48,761 nt of DNA from positions 1-48,761 of IMG/VR virus record IMGVR_UViG_3300011444_000002; one strand, written 5' to 3'. This stretch comes from a virus. Taxonomy: Duplodnaviria > Caudoviricetes. Below, piece after piece: positions 44,579 through 48,761 of the stretch. Below the pieces are notes generated by a model, which had not been told where the DNA came from, did no database searches, and was given only the letters and a program-made list of their open reading frames with translations. A program made the translations under genes and the position numbers. Each line of letters opens with the position of its first letter. Within the stretch, counting starts at the first letter, position 1.

Positions 44579-44748
44579 GTCTTTCGGCAGAGTTGTGGGG
44601 TCCGGCGATTCCTCGCGTGCGACCCGAGCCCTTGAATCGGAACGGGGGCGAGCGCGCATCCCTGCGCGCCCGGGGCGAGACTTCTCCTCGCCCGTTCCAG
44701 GTGCTACGCCGGTTCCCCCCGAACCTAGCGTCGCGTGGATCTCCCCGC

Positions 44749-47046
44749 TTACAGGTAGACCGTGCGAGTCACGCTCGCCGCGCCGACCGTGACGGTCGCG
44801 TAGTAGCGTCCGGCCTCGACTCCGGCAGCGTCCCAGAGCAGAGGAGACTCGGAGACCGCCCCCTCTTTCCGGTAGATCTCCGCGTTGTTCATGTCGACGA
44901 CTCGCAGAGTCACGAGTGCCGTTTGCGCGGGAGCCTCGGGCGTCAGCGGGAGCGCGAACCGGAACCGCGCGAGCCGATCGTCTCCGGTCGTGATCTCGTG
45001 AACCTCGCCCGTCTGCGGGTCCATGTATTTTCCGTCGCCTGGGCCTGCTCCCGACCGCTTGACCGGCGGGTCCGCTCCGACGACGTCGCCGGGCGAGCCG
45101 CCGCCCGTACCAGGCGGGGCGGGAATCGTCGGCGAGGGGTCGACGCCGACGCCGCCCGCGACGAGCTGGAGCCACAGTTTCCCGTTCCCGAGCTTGTTGT
45201 TCGGGAGCGGATCCTGCGTCGCGGTGTCCTGCGCGGCTCCAGGGATTCTGGTCGCGACAAGGGTTTTCATGTAGGCGAGGAACTGCGCGTTCGACTGCCG
45301 GCCGTTCCTCTGGAGGACGAGCGCGGCCGCACCCGAGCCGAACGCCGCGGAGACCGAGGTCCCGCCGTCGTTTAGCGTGGTGCCTTGCACGACCTGCGCG
45401 TGCTTCATGTCCCGATCCAGACGGTAGCTCGGCAGAGCCGGGACCTTGCGCGAGCTCATGGTCGTTACGAACGCGGTCCCAGGCGCGACGACGTCCGGCT
45501 TGACCGTCGCCGACCCGAGCAGCGGACCGCGCGAGGAGAACGCGAGGTACTCGCCGACGTATTGATTCCCGGGAACCTCCTCGATCCCGTCGGGGTCGAT
45601 CCAGCGCGAGCTCGCCGACTCGCCGCCGACGCAGAGCGCGGCCAGGCTCGAACCCGGAGCCGTGATCGTCGACGCCTTCCAGGTTTCCGGGAGCGGGACG
45701 ACGTTCGGGAACGACGCGGAGTCGATCTTGCCGGGAATGATGCTTTTCACCATGTACCAATCGACGGTCGCCGTCCCCGTTCCGGCCGGGTGCGCCATGA
45801 AGATATTCACGACCGTAAGCGCGGCCGTCAGCGACGAGACGCGAATGTCGATTTTCTTCTTTCCGTTCACGGTGTCGACGCCGTTCCGGACGGTGCAAGT
45901 TATGCCGTCGATCGTCGTCGTGTTCTCGGTTCCCGGCTCGACGATCGGGAAGTAGGTCGACGCGCCGGTCGCGCTCATTTGCAGCCGGAACGTATGGCCG
46001 CCGGTCGGGTCGTACCATCCCTGGATCCAGTAGGACTCCTCGATGCCGGCGGGGGCGTGCGAGCTCGTCGAGACGCTCCACTCGATATTTAGGTTCGAGT
46101 GGACCGTCGGGTGCGTCGTGAGCGTGTGCCGGTAGGTGTTCCCGTCGTTGCCGACCGGCGCGACGATGTGACGGCCGAAACGGTTCGCCGCCTGCTCGGC
46201 TGCGATCAGGCCCTCCAGTTGCTTGTCGAGGTCGGCGAACCCGTCGTGCGGACCCTCGCGCGAGCAGAGGGAGAGATTGCAGACGATCCCCTTGTTCTGC
46301 TCTGTCGCGATGCCGAACGCCCAGGCGACCGCCTCGACGACGTTCGCGGTCGTCGGCTGGTCCGGCAGCTTGACGACGAGAATCGTCGCCTCGGGAGCGA
46401 TCCCGACGTACTGATACGCGGGCTCGCCGGACGCAGGAGCCGCGGAGCCGTTCCCGACGGCGATCCCCGCGACGAGCGTCCCATGTCCCGACGTGTCGAC
46501 GAGCGCGGTCTGGACGCCCGCGTTAATCATGTTCGCGATCTCCGCGTTGTCGATCCGCTGGCCGTAGGAGAACCCGGTCGGCGGGTCGGTCGCGGGAAGT
46601 GTCATGTCCCAGGCGTCCAGGATGCGAGTCACCTTGAGCGCGTCCTCGGTCCGAAAATCCGGGTGGAGGACGTCAATTCCGGTGTCGATTATCGCGACGA
46701 TCTGTCCCTTCCCGGTGAGACCAGGACGGGGAGGAACGCGGGAGCCCCAGAGGTTCGGCGCATAGGTGAGGGCTCCTGCCTCGTCCATCGCGTAGTCGAT
46801 CGGGGGCGCGAGCCGGATCTCTGTCACGGTCGCGACCGCCTCGACGAGCGGGAGGACGGCGACGTCGAATCGGCACGACGCGTAGCCGGTCGAGAACGCG
46901 TTCACCTTGCAGCCGGCGACCGCCTCCAGGGCTGCGCGCGTCATGGTCCCCTTTACGATCCAGGACTGTTTCACGAGCGGATTGATCGGGCCCGCGCCGC
47001 CGCCGTTTCCTGCGGGGTCGATATCGGCTGGAATGTCGCGCGGCAT
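44749..47046 (-). CDS. S8 (subtilisin-like) serine peptidase with a C-terminal FlgD-Ig-like domain
   Basis: Triad motifs VAIIDTGID, SGHGTLVAGIA and GGTSVSA; oxyanion VGNDG; FSSRGP...KPDVVAPG; insert domain between the His and Ser regions. Confidence 0.92.
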   Translation of the reverse strand: MPRDIPADIDPAGNGGGAGPINPLVKQSWIVKGTMTRAALEAVAGCKVNAFSTGYASCRFDVAVLPLVEAVATVTEIRLAPPIDYAMDEAGALTYAPNLWGSRVPPRPGLTGKGQIVAIIDTGIDVLHPDFRTEDALKVTRILDAWDMTLPATDPPTGFSYGQRIDNAEIANMINAGVQTALVDTSGHGTLVAGIAVGNGSAAPASGEPAYQYVGIAPEATILVVKLPDQPTTANVVEAVAWAFGIATEQNKGIVCNLSLCSREGPHDGFADLDKQLEGLIAAEQAANRFGRHIVAPVGNDGNTYRHTLTTHPTVHSNLNIEWSVSTSSHAPAGIEESYWIQGWYDPTGGHTFRLQMSATGASTYFPIVEPGTENTTTIDGITCTVRNGVDTVNGKKKIDIRVSSLTAALTVVNIFMAHPAGTGTATVDWYMVKSIIPGKIDSASFPNVVPLPETWKASTITAPGSSLAALCVGGESASSRWIDPDGIEEVPGNQYVGEYLAFSSRGPLLGSATVKPDVVAPGTAFVTTMSSRKVPALPSYRLDRDMKHAQVVQGTTLNDGGTSVSAAFGSGAAALVLQRNGRQSNAQFLAYMKTLVATRIPGAAQDTATQDPLPNNKLGNGKLWLQLVAGGVGVDPSPTIPAPPGTGGGSPGDVVGADPPVKRSGAGPGDGKYMDPQTGEVHEITTGDDRLARFRFALPLTPEAPAQTALVTLRVVDMNNAEIYRKEGAVSESPLLWDAAGVEAGRYYATVTVGAASVTRTVYL

Positions 47047-47169
47047 CTAATCCCCCTGCTGCGGAAAGTCGAAATCGTCGTTCGCGCCGGCCTGGCGTAC
47101 CAGGTCTCGCGTGCGGACGTCCTTGATCTTCGCGCTTTCGGCGACGGCGATAACTTCGGCGTTTGCCAC
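47047..47169 (-). CDS. 40-aa peptide directly upstream of and in frame with the subtilase
   Basis: GGAGG RBS, GTG start: MANAEVIAVAESAKIKDVRTRDLVRQAGANDDFDFPQQGD. Its TAG abuts the protease ATG. Confidence 0.55.
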   Translation of the reverse strand: MANAEVIAVAESAKIKDVRTRDLVRQAGANDDFDFPQQGD

Positions 47170-47173
47170 AGTC

Positions 47174-47479
47174 CTAGCCTCCGGTTCGGGGTTGTTTCGG
47201 CCACTCGCCCTCGGCGAGCCGCATCCATTGTGCCAGATCTTCGGCTCCCCTGAGAGCTGCGAACGCGACGCCCGAGTCGCCCTCGTCGGCGTCGTCGATC
47301 TGCTGGAGGAACACGATCACGCGAGCGCGCAGTCGACGAACCTCCTCCCAGGCGTGACGCTCGCCCGAGTCTGCGGGGAGCGCGGCGATCACGCGGTCGA
47401 GCTCGGTCGGAACGACGCCGCACGAGACCCCCGCGCGCCGGAGATATGCCTGGACCGCGGCCTTCGGATCTCGGTTCAC
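47174..47479 (-). CDS. Hypothetical protein
   Basis: GTGA coupling. Confidence 0.6.
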   Translation of the reverse strand: MNRDPKAAVQAYLRRAGVSCGVVPTELDRVIAALPADSGERHAWEEVRRLRARVIVFLQQIDDADEGDSGVAFAALRGAEDLAQWMRLAEGEWPKQPRTGG

Positions 47480-47805
47480 GAGTTCACGGTCGCCCAGACG
47501 ACCGCCGCGCGACCCCATCGCGTCAGGCGACGAACGCCCGAGTCGCAGAGGAGCCCCTTGCGGACCAGGCCGTTCACCCGCGCGCCGATCGTTAACCTAA
47601 GCATCCCGGTTCGGACCTCGATCTCGTCGCAGGTCGACGAGCCGTTCGCGCGGACGTCCTCCAGAATCCGGGCCTCTTTCTCGGCCAGGTGCGGGACCTG
47701 GGAGATCGCCGCGGCGAGGGACGTGTCCGAGCCTCGCTGGTAGGGTGCGCCCTCGCCGGGAAAGAGTCCCGGCTGGACCGCTCGCGGATCCGGCTTGTCC
47801 TTCAC
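47476..47805 (-). CDS. Winged-helix DNA-binding protein
   Basis: SDTSLAAA...TCDEIEVRTGM...IGARVNGLVRKGLLCDSGVRRLTRWGRAAVVW. Confidence 0.8.
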   Translation of the reverse strand: MKDKPDPRAVQPGLFPGEGAPYQRGSDTSLAAAISQVPHLAEKEARILEDVRANGSSTCDEIEVRTGMLRLTIGARVNGLVRKGLLCDSGVRRLTRWGRAAVVWATVNS

Positions 47806-48662
47806 GCGGCGACCCCTTTCCTCTGCGCCTCCCAGGCGTTCATCCGGTAGGCGAGCGGGACCGCGAGCTGGAACGTCGCGTAGTGGTGGTCGAGCTCGGC
47901 CTGGTCGAGCTGGACGATCCGGGTCGGGGCGTCGTCGGCCTTTTTCGGTAGGTGGACGAGGTAGCAGCGGTCGACGCGGTCGATCCCCTTCACGCGAGCC
48001 GGCTCGAACTCGTTGTAGCCGCGGCGGTACGCGGAGATCTGCATATAGTCCTCCAGGTAGAGGTTCCCGCCCGACTTCCAGTCGAGGATCGCCGGCTCGC
48101 CCTCGACGTAGGCGAGCTCGTCGAGCGTGCCGCCCCACTTGTCGGTCGGCGAGCAGACCGAGAGCTCCGACGCGATCGGCTGGAGGTCGGTCGCCTTCGC
48201 CCAGGCGAGGAACTTCTCGAACGAGACGAGCGCGGGTCCCTGGAGGATCGGGACGTCGGGCGGCTGGACGCCCCCGACCTGCTCGAACACTTTCCAGGCG
48301 AGCCAGATCTCGATCGCGGAGTGGACCTCATGTCCGATCGAGCCGGCATCGGAGCGCGCCTTGACCCAGGCGTACTGCTCGCCGCACGACGCGAGAACCG
48401 CGGCGCGGATCCCCGACGGCGAGAGCTGCGAGAGGTCGCGGCCGGTGAGGTATTCCTCGACCTTGCCGAGCACGAGCTCGCGTTCACACTTCGCGCTCCA
48501 GTTTTCGAGACGCTTGCGGAGAACGTCTTTCGTCTCGGAGACCGATACGAACTTAATCCCGTTCCAGTAGTAGGCGCGGCCGCTCTTGCCGTAGCGGCGC
48601 ACGACGAGCCCGTCCTGGGCGATCGTCGAGGGCCTGGGCCTCGTGGCAGTAGCTCTGGGCAT
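47802..48662 (-). CDS. PD-(D/E)XK exonuclease (RecE/Cas4-like recombination partner)
   Basis: LENWSAK...GHEVHSAIE...ASE...WGGTLD...ILDWKSG...QISAY. Confidence 0.88.
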   Translation of the reverse strand: MPRATATRPRPSTIAQDGLVVRRYGKSGRAYYWNGIKFVSVSETKDVLRKRLENWSAKCERELVLGKVEEYLTGRDLSQLSPSGIRAAVLASCGEQYAWVKARSDAGSIGHEVHSAIEIWLAWKVFEQVGGVQPPDVPILQGPALVSFEKFLAWAKATDLQPIASELSVCSPTDKWGGTLDELAYVEGEPAILDWKSGGNLYLEDYMQISAYRRGYNEFEPARVKGIDRVDRCYLVHLPKKADDAPTRIVQLDQAELDHHYATFQLAVPLAYRMNAWEAQRKGVAA

Positions 48663-48761
48663 TTCGACCTCCTCGTTTCAGGGTATGCGCGCGGCTCCGG
48701 TCCTTGCAGGGGTCGACGGTGCCGATTGTCCCGTCGCCGCGCGCTGCGGAACTCTACGTCG
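48639..48761. repeat. Terminal direct repeat (copy 2)
   Basis: Identical to 1-123. Confidence 0.97.

Noticed and set aside
43411-47046. ATPase next to an S8 protease as an IetAS-type defence/TA pair
   Set aside because: The ATPase is SMC/Rad50-like rather than a classical AAA+, lies downstream of the protease, and has its own promoter and leader after a ~250-nt gap.
47044-47049. Genome-wide amber (TAG) recoding
   Set aside because: Core genes are intact in the standard code and many end normally at TAG. No suppressor tRNA was seen.
7174-48570. Many long antisense or alternate-frame ORFs (e.g. 25796-27910 +, 12836-14302 +, 44552-46081 -)
   Set aside because: They are Arg/Pro/Gly-rich shadow frames expected at high GC, overlapping well-supported genes.
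47802-48662. Cas4/CRISPR system
   Set aside because: No array or other cas genes, and no four-Cys cluster. The context is RecET-like.

Overview
This window appears to be one complete, circularly assembled genome of a tailed (siphovirus-like) dsDNA phage. Bases 1-123 are identical to 48639-48761, giving a unit length of about 48,638 bp, and GC is roughly 70% by eye. A short plus-strand arm (1442-7107) carries a replication initiator with an internal origin and DnaA box, many small Cys-rich early proteins, a TadE-like pseudopilin and an HTH protein. The rest is on the minus strand. In order: recombination genes (RecT-like annealase, PD-(D/E)XK nuclease), an S8 subtilase, an SMC-like ATPase, a membrane-anchored glycoside hydrolase, nucleases, a ParB-like protein, a Mor-like activator, terminase, Mu-like head genes, a non-contractile tail with a -1 frameshifted chaperone, and an unusually elaborate lysis/envelope cassette. 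I found no integrase, transposase, clear repressor, helicase or polymerase. The most striking candidate novelty is one ORF (7626-8711) that seems to fuse a 3-TM holin, an internal signal peptide and an ~8-stranded outer-membrane beta-barrel, downstream of the endolysin and four other membrane/exported proteins. Other leads are a perfect 15-mer leader motif found five times exactly 5 nt before start codons, a signal-less subtilase with a FlgD-Ig/sorting-like tail, the lone Tad pseudopilin and a candidate 4-way-junction RNA. All family calls come from motif recognition by eye; no searches were run.
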